A stretch of 64,000 nucleotides of DNA, taken from positions 1,824,001 through 1,888,000 of the forward strand of contig CBDDPY010000002.1 in NCBI GenBank assembly GCA_965232515.1, written 5' to 3'. The notes beneath the pieces were generated by a model. The model was given only the letters and a program-made list of their open reading frames with translations, had not been told where the DNA came from and made no database searches. The DNA is from Alphaproteobacteria bacterium (GTDB lineage Bacteria > Pseudomonadota > Alphaproteobacteria > GCA-2731375). Made by a program: the position numbers and the translations under genes. Shown here one piece after another: positions 1 through 12,718 of the stretch. Numbering within the stretch: position 1 is the stretch's first letter; each line of letters opens with the position of its first letter.

Positions 1-237
1 GCCGCCATGGCTCGGCGTCGCTTCCCTTCCAGGCGTTGCAGCGCGCAATTGCGGAGGCGGGCCATGGGCGCGCCGGGCAGCGACCCGCCGTGGTGAGCTT
101 CGGGCAGGTCGCACGGACATGACTAAACGCCCCTCCCTGGGCACTCGCACATTCAGGATGGCGTCGTTATCAATTCCAAGTCTGGCGCTGCTGTCACCAT
201 CGGCGAGCGGACGACGATCGCCGCCGTTTCTACACCC

Positions 238-1785
<1,548 letters not shown>

Positions 1786-1861
1786 GCGGGAAACTAGCCG
1801 TCGCGTACGGCAGGAGTCCAGATCCGCAACGCCGGCGTGAAAGTAATTCTCTGGCCGTCGG

Positions 1862-2323
1862 TCAGTTCGTCTGCCGCGCTCTGTAGTCCGTAACCGAGCG
1901 GCTCAACTGCTCGTACTCGGCACAGACCCGGTCGCAGCGCCGGCCGAGGCGTTCCAGCGTGGTTTCCGCCGCCTCCAGCTCGCCAACGTCGAGCTGGGCC
2001 TGGCCCTGCAGCTGCAACGCCGACAGATGGCTGGGTTCGATTTCCAACGCGATGCGGGAGTATTTCAACGCCTTCTGGCTGTTGCCGAGCTGCCGGTGCG
2101 ACTGGCCGAGCGCCGTATAGCTGTCGGGATTCTTCGGGTCGGCGACGATGGCGCGCTCGAGCTGGATCACCGCCGCGTCATAGTCGTCGGCCTGCATGGC
2201 GTTCAGGCCCGCCTTCAGATTCAGCTGCACCGGCGCCTTCGCCTGCTCGGCGGTCGCACAGCCCGGCGCCAGCGTGAACGCGACGAGCCAGCCGACGGCA
2301 ACGGTGCGGCGCAAGGCCGGCAT
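1862..2323 (-). CDS. Exported short TPR protein with C-terminal CxxxC (153 aa)
   Basis: Start re-assigned to ATG at 2323 ([16 protein letters not shown]..., signal-like). TPR helices ([32 protein letters not shown]); ends RCDRVCAEY. Confidence 0.8.
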   Translation of the reverse strand: MPALRRTVAVGWLVAFTLAPGCATAEQAKAPVQLNLKAGLNAMQADDYDAAVIQLERAIVADPKNPDSYTALGQSHRQLGNSQKALKYSRIALEIEPSHLSALQLQGQAQLDVGELEAAETTLERLGRRCDRVCAEYEQLSRSVTDYRARQTN

Positions 2324-2343
2324 CGAATTGCGGGCAGTCGCGA

Positions 2344-2823
2344 TCAGCTCGAGCTCCTCTTCTTCTTGTACTCGGCGACGGCCTTCTTCAGCGCCGAATA
2401 CTCGTTGCAGCCGAACAGGCAGATATCGTCGAGCTTGGCCAGATGCTCCTCGGCCTTGGCCAGGTTGTCGACCAACAGATAAGCCTCGCCCAGATATTCG
2501 TGCGCGCCCTTGTGCTTCGGATCGATCTCCAACGCCCGGGCGTAATGCTCGAACGCGACGTCGTAATTGCCCAACTTGCGGTTGGCGAAACCGAGGTAAT
2601 TCCAGGCGTCGGCGTTCTTGGCATCGCTCTCGACCACCTTCGTGAACGCCTCGATGGCGGCCTGCCAATCCATTGCCTGGATCGCCTTGCTGCCCATCTG
2701 ATAGGTGTCGCTCTGGCCGACGGCCGAGGTATCCGAGCTCATGGCCAAAACCGGCGCCGCCGCGGCCGACATGCCGGCGGACAGCACCGCGGCGAACAAT
2801 ACGCGCCTGAGACACTGCATCAT
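2344..2823 (-). CDS. Exported short TPR protein with C-terminal CxxxC
   Basis: Signal peptide; TPR repeats (DAWNYLGFANRKLG, ALEIDPKHKGAHEYLGEAY); ends ICLFGCNEY. Confidence 0.88.
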   Translation of the reverse strand: MMQCLRRVLFAAVLSAGMSAAAAPVLAMSSDTSAVGQSDTYQMGSKAIQAMDWQAAIEAFTKVVESDAKNADAWNYLGFANRKLGNYDVAFEHYARALEIDPKHKGAHEYLGEAYLLVDNLAKAEEHLAKLDDICLFGCNEYSALKKAVAEYKKKRSSS

Positions 2824-2903
2824 CTTCTCCCACGACGTGCGATTCCAGGTTTCGCTGGAACGGCTATATACCTAGTCCGAGGCGGCAGATTCGTCCAGAG
2901 CGG

Positions 2904-4199
2904 CTAGCACCCCACGCGTGACATTATCGCCACAAAAAAGCCGTCGGTGCCGTGCCGATTTGGCGTCAGCAGGATCATATCTTCGTCATCGGGCGCGTGA
3001 TCGCCGACCGTCTGGCGCCAGATGTCCGGTGCGGGCATCAGTTCGAAACCGGGCACTCGTCGCAGGAACGCGGCGATCTGGTCCTCGTTTTCCTGCACCA
3101 GAACGGAACAGGTCGCATAAATCAGCCGTCCGCCGGGTCGAATCAGCGCGGCGGCGGCGTCCAGAAGCGCGGACTGGGTCCGGATATCGGCATCGACGGC
3201 CGCCCGGCTCAACCGCCAGCGGGCCTCCGGCCGGCGCCGCCAGGCGCCGGTGCCGCTGCACGGCGCATCGACCAGCACCCGGTCGGCCTTTCCGCGCAGT
3301 TCCGAGAGCCAGGGGTCGTCCAAGCCGCGGATCACCCGCATCTGAAGGTTTCGCGCACCCGATCGCTGCAAGCGCGGCGTCAGGCGTTGCAGCCGCCGCC
3401 GGTCGGCGTCCAGCGCATAGACCTGACCGGTGTTCGCCATATCGGCGGCCAAAGCCAACGACTTGCCCCCCGCGCCGGCGCAGAGATCGACAACCTGCTG
3501 CTGCCGTTCGGCCGCGGTCAGCAGGGCGACGATCTGCGACCCCTCGTCCTGCGGCTCGACATGGCCGTCGCGCATCAGCGGATGCGCCGCCAGCGCCGGA
3601 CGCCCGGCCAGCCGCACGCATGTCGGCGACCACAGTCCGGGCACGGCCTCGATGCCGTCGTCGGCCAGCCGCTTGAGCACTGCCTCCCGCGTGGTTTTCA
3701 GCGTGTTGACGCGCAGGTCGACCGGCGCCCGCTCGTTCAATGCCCGGCATTCCGGATCGACGTCGGCGCCGAAGCGCCGGGTCAGGTCGGGCCAGAGCCA
3801 GTCCGGGATGTTGACGCGGGCCGCCTCGGGCGGCACGGCGTCGCGGTTCCTTCGCAGCCCGGCCACGAGCGCCCGCTCCTCGGCATCGAGCGGCGCCGGC
3901 GCGTAGCGGTCGCCGGTGAACACGGCTTCAGGACCATCGGTCGCTACGTCGGCGTCGGCGAGCGCGAGATGCGCCAGCAACAGCCCGCGCCCATCCGTCG
4001 GGCCGCCCAGACGCCAGCGCAGTTCGCCCTGCCGCCGCAGCACCGCGTAGACCAGATCGGTGATCGCGCCCCGGTCCTTGGCGCCGGCATAGCGCCGGGC
4101 CTTGAAGAAGGCGGCGACCGTGCGGTCCGCGGCCGACGGTCCGGACTCGATCTCATTTAGAAGATCGATCGCCGCCTGGACGCGGGCCGCCGGCGTCAT
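2904..4199 (-). CDS. RsmB/NOP family RNA m5C methyltransferase
   Basis: QDEGSQ, DLCAGAGGK, DAPCSG, YATCS and TDGFF motifs; position next to guaB. Confidence 0.95.
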   Translation of the reverse strand: MTPAARVQAAIDLLNEIESGPSAADRTVAAFFKARRYAGAKDRGAITDLVYAVLRRQGELRWRLGGPTDGRGLLLAHLALADADVATDGPEAVFTGDRYAPAPLDAEERALVAGLRRNRDAVPPEAARVNIPDWLWPDLTRRFGADVDPECRALNERAPVDLRVNTLKTTREAVLKRLADDGIEAVPGLWSPTCVRLAGRPALAAHPLMRDGHVEPQDEGSQIVALLTAAERQQQVVDLCAGAGGKSLALAADMANTGQVYALDADRRRLQRLTPRLQRSGARNLQMRVIRGLDDPWLSELRGKADRVLVDAPCSGTGAWRRRPEARWRLSRAAVDADIRTQSALLDAAAALIRPGGRLIYATCSVLVQENEDQIAAFLRRVPGFELMPAPDIWRQTVGDHAPDDEDMILLTPNRHGTDGFFVAIMSRVGC

Positions 4200-4215
4200 T
4201 TGCGTACGGCCGCGT

Positions 4216-5724
<1,509 letters not shown>

Positions 5725-5773
5725 TCACGGCTTTGGTAGGGGCCAGAGGCGGCCAATCGGGGAATATTCGGCG

Positions 5774-6460
5774 CTATCGCCGGGTCGCCGTCTCCGCTTC
5801 CGCCTCGGCCTCGGCATGGAAGTCGCCGCCGACGCCGCCGGCCGAAATGTAGGGATACAGTTCGGCGAAAGTGTCGCGGATCTCGTCGAACGGCAGGTCG
5901 GCATAGACGCCGCGATCGCGCACATACTCCATGTGCTTGCGTCCGTCCGCGTCGAACGGATGGAAGATGGAATCGTTGACGCCGTCGAAGTCGAGCGGCA
6001 ACACCCGGAACTTTTCACACAGGCCGATATTGAAAGCGGGCGTCGCCTTCACCCATTTGCCGTCGAGGTAGACGTCGGTATAGCCGTGGAAGGCGAACAC
6101 GTCGGTGCCCATCATCTGCCGCAGCCGCTCGGTGACGAGGTGGTTTCGAACATCGGCGAAGCCGAGCCGGGCTGGAATGCCGTCGGCCCTGAGACAGGCC
6201 GCCAGCAGCACGGCCTTGGTGACGCAGAAGCCGTAACCACGGTGCAGACAGGTGCTGGCGCGAAATCCCTCGGGCCGCATCTCGACGGCATAGGGGTCGT
6301 AGCGGAAGTTGTCACGCACGGCATAGAACAGCTTCAGCGCCCGGTCGTGGTCGCCGACGGCTGCGCCCGCCGTCTCGGCCGTGAAGGCGACGATGTCGGC
6401 ATGGTCGCTGTCGATATACGCGGTCGGCCGCAGATAGGCCGCAAATTCGTCTGCCGGCAT
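5774..6460 (-). CDS. Transglutaminase-like superfamily protein
   Basis: YLRPTAYIDSDH, FYAVRD, GFCVTKA (Cys), GIPARLGF, FHGY (His). Confidence 0.88.
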   Translation of the reverse strand: MPADEFAAYLRPTAYIDSDHADIVAFTAETAGAAVGDHDRALKLFYAVRDNFRYDPYAVEMRPEGFRASTCLHRGYGFCVTKAVLLAACLRADGIPARLGFADVRNHLVTERLRQMMGTDVFAFHGYTDVYLDGKWVKATPAFNIGLCEKFRVLPLDFDGVNDSIFHPFDADGRKHMEYVRDRGVYADLPFDEIRDTFAELYPYISAGGVGGDFHAEAEAEAETATRR

Positions 6461-6543
6461 GATGATGATACCGCCTCGGTGTACCGGCCGCGGCGCGCGG
6501 CCCAGGAACTAGCTCAACATATAAAGCATCCGGCCGCCCGCGC

Positions 6544-7239
6544 CTATGCGTCGTCGGCCGCCCGGAACCCGGTCGCGATCAGATAGAGCTCGGCCGAGTC
6601 GGCGCGGCTCGCCGCCGGCTTGGCGTGGCGCACGCTGCTGAAACGGCGTTTCAGCTCCGCCAGCAGGTCGTTCTCGGTGCCGCCTTGCCAGACCTTGGCG
6701 ACGAAAGCGCCGCCCGGCTTCAGGACATGCAGCGCCAGGTCGGCCGCCGCCTCGACCAGCGCCATGATGCGCAAGTGGTCCGTGCCGCGATGGCCGGTCG
6801 CCGGCGGCGCCATGTCGCTCAGCACGATGTCGGCCGGCCCGCCGAGCGCCGCCCGCAACCGCGCCACCGCGTCCGGCGCGTTGATGTCGCAGACCAACGT
6901 CTCGGCGCCGGCGATCGGGTCCATCTCGACGATGTCGACGGCCAGCACCGACCCACCGTGGCCGACGCCGGCCACAGCCACCTGGGTCCAACCACCGGGC
7001 GCCGCGCCCAGGTCGACGACCGTCTGGCCCGGCTTGAACAGGCCGTATTTGTCGTCGAGCTCGGTCAGCTTGAACGCGGCCCGCGAGCGATAGCCCTCCC
7101 GCTGGGCCGCCGCCACGTAGGGATCGTTGAGCTGGCGCTGCAGCCAGCGGGTCGACGACAGCTTGCGCCCCTTCGCGGTCTTGACCCGCACGTGTGTCTG
7201 GCGGGCCCCCGATCCGCCCGATTTCTTTCGCGGTGGCAA
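6544..7239 (-). CDS. rlmE: 23S rRNA 2'-O-methyltransferase RlmE/FtsJ
   Basis: [43 protein letters not shown]. Confidence 0.97.
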   Translation of the reverse strand: MPPRKKSGGSGARQTHVRVKTAKGRKLSSTRWLQRQLNDPYVAAAQREGYRSRAAFKLTELDDKYGLFKPGQTVVDLGAAPGGWTQVAVAGVGHGGSVLAVDIVEMDPIAGAETLVCDINAPDAVARLRAALGGPADIVLSDMAPPATGHRGTDHLRIMALVEAAADLALHVLKPGGAFVAKVWQGGTENDLLAELKRRFSSVRHAKPAASRADSAELYLIATGFRAADDA

Positions 7240-7243
7240 GGGG

Positions 7244-8332
7244 TCAGTCGGCCGCGGCGGCGGCCATGCCGTTGTCGGCGGCCTGCATCATCGCCAGCAA
7301 CAGCCCCTCGCGCACGCCCCGGTCGGCGACGCGCAACCGGCCAACCGGCCATGTCCGGCAGATCGCCGCCAGGATGGCGCAGCCGGCCACCACCAGGTCG
7401 GCCCGCTCGCGGCCGATGCAGGGGTTGGCGGCCCGGGCGTCGTAGGACATGGCGCGGATCCGCTCGGAGACATCGAAGGCGTGGTCGAAGGACAGCCACA
7501 GGCCGTCGACGCGGCTACGGTCGTAGCGCGGCAGCCCCAGATGCACGCCGGCGAGCGTCGTCACCGTGCCGGACGTGCCCAGCATCTGCACCCGGTCCCG
7601 GGCCAGCACGCCGCCAAGGCCATGCTCGGAATCGAACTGCTGCAGCACGGCCCGCACCTCGCCGACCATGCGCTCATAGAGATCGGCGCTGACATCGATG
7701 CCGCCATAGCGCTCGGCCAGCGTCACCACGCCGCAAGGCAGCGACATCCAGGCGACGACCTCGACGCTGCCGCCGTGCGGCACCCTTAGCCAGGTCAGTT
7801 CGGTGCTGCCGCCGCCGATATCGAAAACCAGCGCCTGCCGGGCCGCCGGATCGAGCAGCGGCGCACAGCCGTCGACCGCCAGCCGTGCTTCCTCGCCCGA
7901 CGAAATGATGTCGAGCTGCAGCCCGGTTTCACGATTGACCCGGTCCAGAAACTCATCGCAGTTGTCGGCTTGGCGGCAGGCTTGCGTCGCCACGTTGCGC
8001 GACAGCGTGACGCCGCGCCGGCGCATCTTCCGGGCGCAGATCTTGAGCGCCGAGATGGTGCGCGCCATGGCCTCGTTCGAGAGCCGGCCCGTGGCGCCGA
8101 CCCCCTCGCCCAGCCGCACGATGCGCGAGAACGCATCGATCACGCGAAAGCCGTCCCGGGTCGGCTTCGCCACCAGCAGCCGGCAATTGTTGGTGCCCAG
8201 ATCGAGCGCGGCGTAGGTATGGCCCCAACGGCCACCGCGGCGCTGCCGGTCGCCCGCCGGCCAGCGTCGCCCATGCGGTCGCCGACCGCTGGACGGCTCG
8301 GATGGCGCGTCGGACTCGCTGCGCATCGCCAC
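7244..8332 (-). CDS. Ppx/GppA family phosphatase
   Basis: [51 protein letters not shown]; start codon uncertain. Confidence 0.93.
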   Translation of the reverse strand: MAMRSESDAPSEPSSGRRPHGRRWPAGDRQRRGGRWGHTYAALDLGTNNCRLLVAKPTRDGFRVIDAFSRIVRLGEGVGATGRLSNEAMARTISALKICARKMRRRGVTLSRNVATQACRQADNCDEFLDRVNRETGLQLDIISSGEEARLAVDGCAPLLDPAARQALVFDIGGGSTELTWLRVPHGGSVEVVAWMSLPCGVVTLAERYGGIDVSADLYERMVGEVRAVLQQFDSEHGLGGVLARDRVQMLGTSGTVTTLAGVHLGLPRYDRSRVDGLWLSFDHAFDVSERIRAMSYDARAANPCIGRERADLVVAGCAILAAICRTWPVGRLRVADRGVREGLLLAMMQAADNGMAAAAAD

Positions 8333-8464
8333 GGACGAAATCCCCCTTTTTTTCTTAGGTTAACACTTTTCCGCCGATTGTCTGTATTCAACAGCATCCA
8401 GCTTGGCGTCACGTTAACCCGGGGATCGAACGCCGGTCGCCGCCGTGAACGGCCGGCGGTTCTG

Positions 8465-8493
8465 TTGACAACCCGCCACCGCCTTCTTAAGAA
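8465..8493 (+). promoter_or_regulatory. Sigma70-type promoter of the tRNA gene
   Basis: TTGACA (8465-8470), 17-nt spacer, TAAGAA (8488-8493), about 40 nt upstream of the tRNA. Confidence 0.7.
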
Positions 8494-8534
8494 CGGCTTT
8501 CGTAACCGATGGCTGCCTGCCGGCCACGCCCTGC

Positions 8535-8608
8535 TGGGGGATCGTCTAATGGTAGGACAGCGGACTCTGACTCCGTAAGTGGAGGTTCGAATCCTCCTCC
8601 CCCAGCCA
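8535..8608 (+). tRNA. tRNA-Gln (anticodon CTG)
   Basis: TGGGGGA/TCCCCCA acceptor stem, D-loop TAATGGTA, anticodon arm GCGGA-CTCTGAC-TCCGT, GGTTCGAATCC T-arm, encoded CCA. Confidence 0.97.
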
Positions 8609-8655
8609 GTTCCCTCGGACGTTTTTCGATTGACAGACGACAGCCAGGACCGGCG

Positions 8656-9801
8656 TCAGCCGGCCGCGGCCTGCGGCGTGTCGGAACCGCCGGCCGGGGC
8701 ATCCGGCTTGTTGCCGGTGGCGCGGACGCGCCAGAAGCGCATGGCGCGCTGGGCCATGGCGGGCGGGACCTTGTCGTAGAGACCCAGCAGGTCGGCGACA
8801 TCGTCGCCCTTGCGCGGCTGTTTGCCGCCTTCGGTGGTCAGCAGCAGAACCGTCGAGAAGGTCGAGCGGTCGAAACCCGTCGCCTTGCAGGCCACGACCA
8901 GCGCCTCGTGGCCCTCGTCGCTGATGATGCGCTTGGCGGTGGCGCTGTCGAGATCGCACAAGAGCGCGAAGGCGTAGACGAAATGCGCCGTCTGCTTCTC
9001 GCGCAGCAGCTTGATCATCATGGCTTCGTTGAGCTGGCCCAGACGCTGGAACCGGCGCACCTCACGCTCGGCCCGCGACATGGCGGCCTCGTTCGCTTGC
9101 GCCTCTTCCGCCATCTCCTTCTCCGTCTCCGCCAGCAGGGCGTCGACCTCGGCCTCGTCGATGTCGGTGACGGTCAGGATGTGTTCGCGCAGCGCCGACG
9201 ACACGAACCAGAACATCTCGTGCATCAGATCGGCCGGCACGTCGCTGCGCTGGACCAGCGGCGCCTGCAACACCTCACTGGTCTCCGACTTGGCGACCAA
9301 CGTTTCGACGGCGTTGCGCGAGAGCTGCGCGCCCTCGTTCTGGACCAGAGAGACCAGCACCTCGTCGCTGCCGTGCTCGACCAGCGCGTCGGCGACGCCC
9401 TCGCTGACCTCGTCGCGCCGGGTCACCGCCAATTGGTGTTCCTGGCCGCGCTCGCGGACGACCTCGATCAGCTCGGATTCGTCCAGCACCTTGCTGCGTT
9501 CCAGGATCGGCCGGGCCACCTCGATGGCGTCGTGCGCCAGCCGCTTGATCAGCTCGCGGGGCGCAAAGTCGACGTCGGCCAGGCGGTCCGACAGCTGCTC
9601 GCGCACCTTCGCTTCCACGTTGAAGGCGACCTTCTCCATTATATCGCCGCAGAGCGCACTTTCACGTTCGCTCAGCGGCTCCGACGGACCGATAAAGATA
9701 TCGGTGATCTCGGTCAGGAGTTCGCGCCGTTTCTCGCTCGACGGTTCGTTGGCGAGCTCGATCAAACGCTCGAGGTTTTGATGGGTCGTCATGGCTGACA
9801 C
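8656..9801 (-). CDS. DUF2336 domain protein
   Basis: VREQLSDRLA, APRELIKRLAHDAIEVARPILERSKVL, HQLAVTRR..VSEGVADALV pattern typical of alphaproteobacterial DUF2336. Confidence 0.88.
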   Translation of the reverse strand: MSAMTTHQNLERLIELANEPSSEKRRELLTEITDIFIGPSEPLSERESALCGDIMEKVAFNVEAKVREQLSDRLADVDFAPRELIKRLAHDAIEVARPILERSKVLDESELIEVVRERGQEHQLAVTRRDEVSEGVADALVEHGSDEVLVSLVQNEGAQLSRNAVETLVAKSETSEVLQAPLVQRSDVPADLMHEMFWFVSSALREHILTVTDIDEAEVDALLAETEKEMAEEAQANEAAMSRAEREVRRFQRLGQLNEAMMIKLLREKQTAHFVYAFALLCDLDSATAKRIISDEGHEALVVACKATGFDRSTFSTVLLLTTEGGKQPRKGDDVADLLGLYDKVPPAMAQRAMRFWRVRATGNKPDAPAGGSDTPQAAAG

Positions 9802-9982
9802 GGTTCACGCAAAGGCTCTAGAACCTCGCAGAAATTCGTAAAGGAAGCGTAGTCCGGGGCCCCGGCCAGAGTGGTCCGGGCAACGCCGCCGGGCACACAA
9901 TCGGCTGGATTCCGCGTTTTTTTCGTCGGCACATCGGCAATGCGCCACCGTCGAATTACTCAATAAACTGCCTGAAGAAATA

Positions 9983-10000
9983 TGGTTAACAACTTCTAAA
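9983..10000 (-). promoter_or_regulatory. CtrA-like box upstream of the DUF2336 gene
   Basis: Minus strand reads TTTA-N7-TTAACCAT (one mismatch to TTAA-N7-TTAAC, and includes the TTAACCAT half-site). Confidence 0.65.
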
Positions 10001-10019
10001 CAATAGCATTTGCAGGCCT

Positions 10020-10559
10020 CTACGCGTACCACAGCGAGCGCGGCTTCGGCGTCATGCCGATGCGAACCCCAAACGAGACCAGCATGTTGACCACCCGCTC
10101 GTCGTCGCTGAGCGGACAGGTCAAGGCCTCGATCCGCAGTGTCTGGCCGCGCGACGTCAGCGTCTCGTAAGTCTGCAGGATCGGCCGGCGCTCGACCACG
10201 CTGCGGCGATAGCGTTCGCAGATCCCGTCGCGACCATAGTCCGCCGGCAGATCGCGAACCGACTCGCCGACCCTGACATCGAGGTCACGGACGATATCGC
10301 CGCCCAGCAGCCGGTAGCGAAAATCGAAGGGATCGTATGAGACATCGATCAGGGTCACGCTGGTCAACAGCTTGGGAATGTCGGTCGGGTCCAGATCGGC
10401 GCGGCGCGGCAACTCACGGTTGCCACGTCGGTCACACCAATAACGAAATCCCTCCCGAACGATCGCGGACTGGATTTCCGCGTCGAGCAGAGAACGCCAA
10501 TTCTGCGGCACCAACTTCTCCCCGGACCAGCCCATTCTTTGGCGGGCTTGCGGCCTCAC
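10020..10559 (-). CDS. Stand-alone PAS domain protein (PAS_5/DUF1457-like)
   Basis: YWCDRRG..LPRRADLDPTDIPKLL, FRYRLLG, CPLSDD pattern; start codon uncertain. Confidence 0.8.
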   Translation of the reverse strand: MRPQARQRMGWSGEKLVPQNWRSLLDAEIQSAIVREGFRYWCDRRGNRELPRRADLDPTDIPKLLTSVTLIDVSYDPFDFRYRLLGGDIVRDLDVRVGESVRDLPADYGRDGICERYRRSVVERRPILQTYETLTSRGQTLRIEALTCPLSDDERVVNMLVSFGVRIGMTPKPRSLWYA

Positions 10560-10734
10560 GGCGGCGGAGTGTATCGCCTAAATCCGCAAGATGCGAGTGG
10601 CGGATGCAACCGGTACGTCCACCCCTTCCCGGCCGCGCCGGCGGCGCGCCGGAAGCCGCGCTTTGCATGCCTCTGGCCTTGGCGTATGGTTTGCCTGAGG
10701 AACGAACGCCGTCCGGCAATGGAGAAAAATCGAC

Positions 10735-11604
10735 ATGCGCATAATCAACTTCAGCAAGAATGGCACGCCGACCCTCGGCGTTCGCCGCAAAGACCAGATC
10801 GTCGATCTCTCCATCGCCGCGCCGTCGCTGCCGCGCGATCTGCGCGGACTCCTGGAAGCCGGCGACAAGGCGCTGGCCGAGGCGCAGCACGCGGCCGAGG
10901 CGGCCGGTGACGATGCGTTGGTGGCGGAGGACGGTCTGACCTACCTGCCGCCGATCGACAATGCCGACAAGTATCTCTGCATCGGCCTGAACTATGTCGA
11001 CCACGCCGAGGAGACCGGATCGCCAATCCCCGAATACCCCATCGTGTTCGTACGCATGCGGAATTCGCTGGCCGCGCACAACCAGCCGATGGAATGCGCC
11101 AAGGCGACGTCGCAATACGACTACGAGGCCGAGCTTGCCGTGATCGTCGGCAAGCGCACACCGCGCCACGTGCCGAAGGCGGAAGCCCTGAACTACGTCG
11201 CCGGCTATTCCTGCTTCAACGACGGCTCGCTGCGCGACTACCAGTTCAAGAGTCCGCAATGGACCATGGGCAAGAGCGCCGATGCCACCGGCGGCTTCGG
11301 ACCGGAATTCGTCAGCGCCGACGAGCTGCCGCCCGGCGGCGCGCCGCTCGCCATCAAGTGCCGGCTGAACGGCGAGACGCTGCAGAACTCGAACACCGAC
11401 AAGATGATCTTCGACACCGCAACGTTGATTTCGACGCTGAGCGAGCTGATGACGCTTGAGCCCGGCGACGTCATCATCACCGGCACGCCGCCCGGTGTCG
11501 GCGCGGCCCGCGACCCGCAGATCTTCATGAAGGGCGGCGACGTCTGCGAGATCGAGATCGAGGGCATCGGCACGTTGGTCAATCCGATCGTCGACGAAGC
11601 CTGA
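10735..11604 (+). CDS. Fumarylacetoacetate hydrolase family protein
   Basis: CIGLNYVDH, DYEAEL, NDGSLRD, WTMGK, LEPGDVIITGTPPGVG. Confidence 0.95.
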   Translation: MRIINFSKNGTPTLGVRRKDQIVDLSIAAPSLPRDLRGLLEAGDKALAEAQHAAEAAGDDALVAEDGLTYLPPIDNADKYLCIGLNYVDHAEETGSPIPEYPIVFVRMRNSLAAHNQPMECAKATSQYDYEAELAVIVGKRTPRHVPKAEALNYVAGYSCFNDGSLRDYQFKSPQWTMGKSADATGGFGPEFVSADELPPGGAPLAIKCRLNGETLQNSNTDKMIFDTATLISTLSELMTLEPGDVIITGTPPGVGAARDPQIFMKGGDVCEIEIEGIGTLVNPIVDEA

Positions 11605-11626
11605 CCCAAGGCAAACAACGGCAATG

Positions 11627-11657
11627 ACGGCGTCCTGCGGGGCGCCGTTTTTGTTTG
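11627..11657 (+). terminator. Rho-independent terminator
   Basis: ACGGCGTCC-TGCG-GGGCGCCGT hairpin followed by TTTTGTTT just after the FAH stop codon. Confidence 0.8.
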
Positions 11658-11740
11658 CAAGCGCCCCGCTCCGATGCTGGCGCGAACGATCGCCAAACCC
11701 CTTTCAATTTCGTCTATTTCACTTAAATTCCATAACACGA

Positions 11741-11761
11741 TGTGAAAAACTTTATTTCACA
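11741..11761. promoter_or_regulatory. Palindromic operator candidate
   Basis: TGTGAAA-N7-TTTCACA perfect dyad in an AT-rich patch about 20 nt before the ATP-grasp start codon. Confidence 0.6.
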
Positions 11762-11782
11762 CCTCAAGTATGGAAAATAGAC

Positions 11783-12718
11783 ATGCCGCAGATCCATGTG
11801 ATCCACGAAAACCAGGAATGGTCGGCGCCGCTGTTCGCCGAGCTGCGCGCCCGCGACCTGCCCTATCGAGACTGGTTCCTGCACGAAGGCGTCTTCGACC
11901 TGTCGCAACCGCCGCCCGAGGGGGTGTTCTACAACCGCATGAGCGCGTCGTCGCATACGCGCGGACACCGATATTCGCCCGAATACACCGGCGCCGTTCT
12001 GGCCTGGCTCGAGGGGCATGGGCGTCGCGTGATCAACGGCGTGAACACGCTTCGCCTCGAGGTCAGCAAGGTCGCGCAATACGCGGCCTTGAACGCGCTC
12101 GGTATCGCGACGCCGCGGACGCGCGTCGCCGTCGGCAAGGCCGCCATCGTCGACGCGGCACGCGGTTTCGACACGCCCTTCATCACCAAGCACAACCGCG
12201 CCGGCAAGGGCCTGGGCGTCCGCCTGTTTGAGGACCTCGACAGCCTGGCGGCCTATGTCGACGGCGCCGACTTCGAAGCACCGATCGACGGGATTACGCT
12301 GATCCAGCAATACATCCGGTCGCCGGAACCGTTCATCACCCGGGTCGAGTTCGTGGGCGACCGGTTTCTTTACGCCGTGCGCGTCGACACCTCGAACGGT
12401 TTCGAGCTCTGCCCGGCCGATGTCTGTGACACCGGCGAACGCGCCCGCCCGACCTTTGAGATCATCGAGGATTTCGACAGCCCGCTGCTGCCGGCCTATC
12501 GCCGCTTCCTGGACGCCAACGAGATCGGCATCGCCGGCATCGAGTTCATCGCCGACGCCGACGGCCGCGCCTATACCTACGACGTCAACAGCAACACGAA
12601 CTACAACCCGGACGCGGAAGCGGTGGCGGGCCTGTCAGGCATGGCCGCGATCGCCGGCTATCTCGGCCGCGAATTGACCGCCCTGACCGCATCCAGGCTG
12701 GTCGCCACGGGCGATTAA
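11783..12718 (+). CDS. RimK-like ATP-grasp ligase (alpha-L-glutamate ligase-like)
   Basis: ATG at 11783 (MPQIHVIHEN); NRMSASS, ITKHNRAGKGLGV, IQQYI, GIEFI, YDVNSNTNY motifs. Confidence 0.85.
   Translation: MPQIHVIHENQEWSAPLFAELRARDLPYRDWFLHEGVFDLSQPPPEGVFYNRMSASSHTRGHRYSPEYTGAVLAWLEGHGRRVINGVNTLRLEVSKVAQYAALNALGIATPRTRVAVGKAAIVDAARGFDTPFITKHNRAGKGLGVRLFEDLDSLAAYVDGADFEAPIDGITLIQQYIRSPEPFITRVEFVGDRFLYAVRVDTSNGFELCPADVCDTGERARPTFEIIEDFDSPLLPAYRRFLDANEIGIAGIEFIADADGRAYTYDVNSNTNYNPDAEAVAGLSGMAAIAGYLGRELTALTASRLVATGD

Noticed and set aside
1-237. Possible integrative element at the guaA 3' end, and a possible minus-strand gene start at ATG 120 or ATG 8
   Set aside because: guaA ends are known integration hotspots, but no integrase or att repeat is visible and too little sequence is available to call a gene.
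1862-2833. 323-aa ORF suggesting a frameshift fusion of the two TPR genes
   Set aside because: The N-terminal extension is an off-frame read of the upstream gene. The second gene has its own ATG and signal-like peptide, and no slippery site was seen.
8342-8353. C/T homopolymer runs upstream of the Ppx gene as a phase-variation tract
   Set aside because: The runs are short. On the minus strand they read as an A-rich leader plus a G-rich RBS.
8535-8655. tRNA-Gln as an island insertion site
   Set aside because: No integrase and no duplicate of the tRNA 3' end was noticed in the window.
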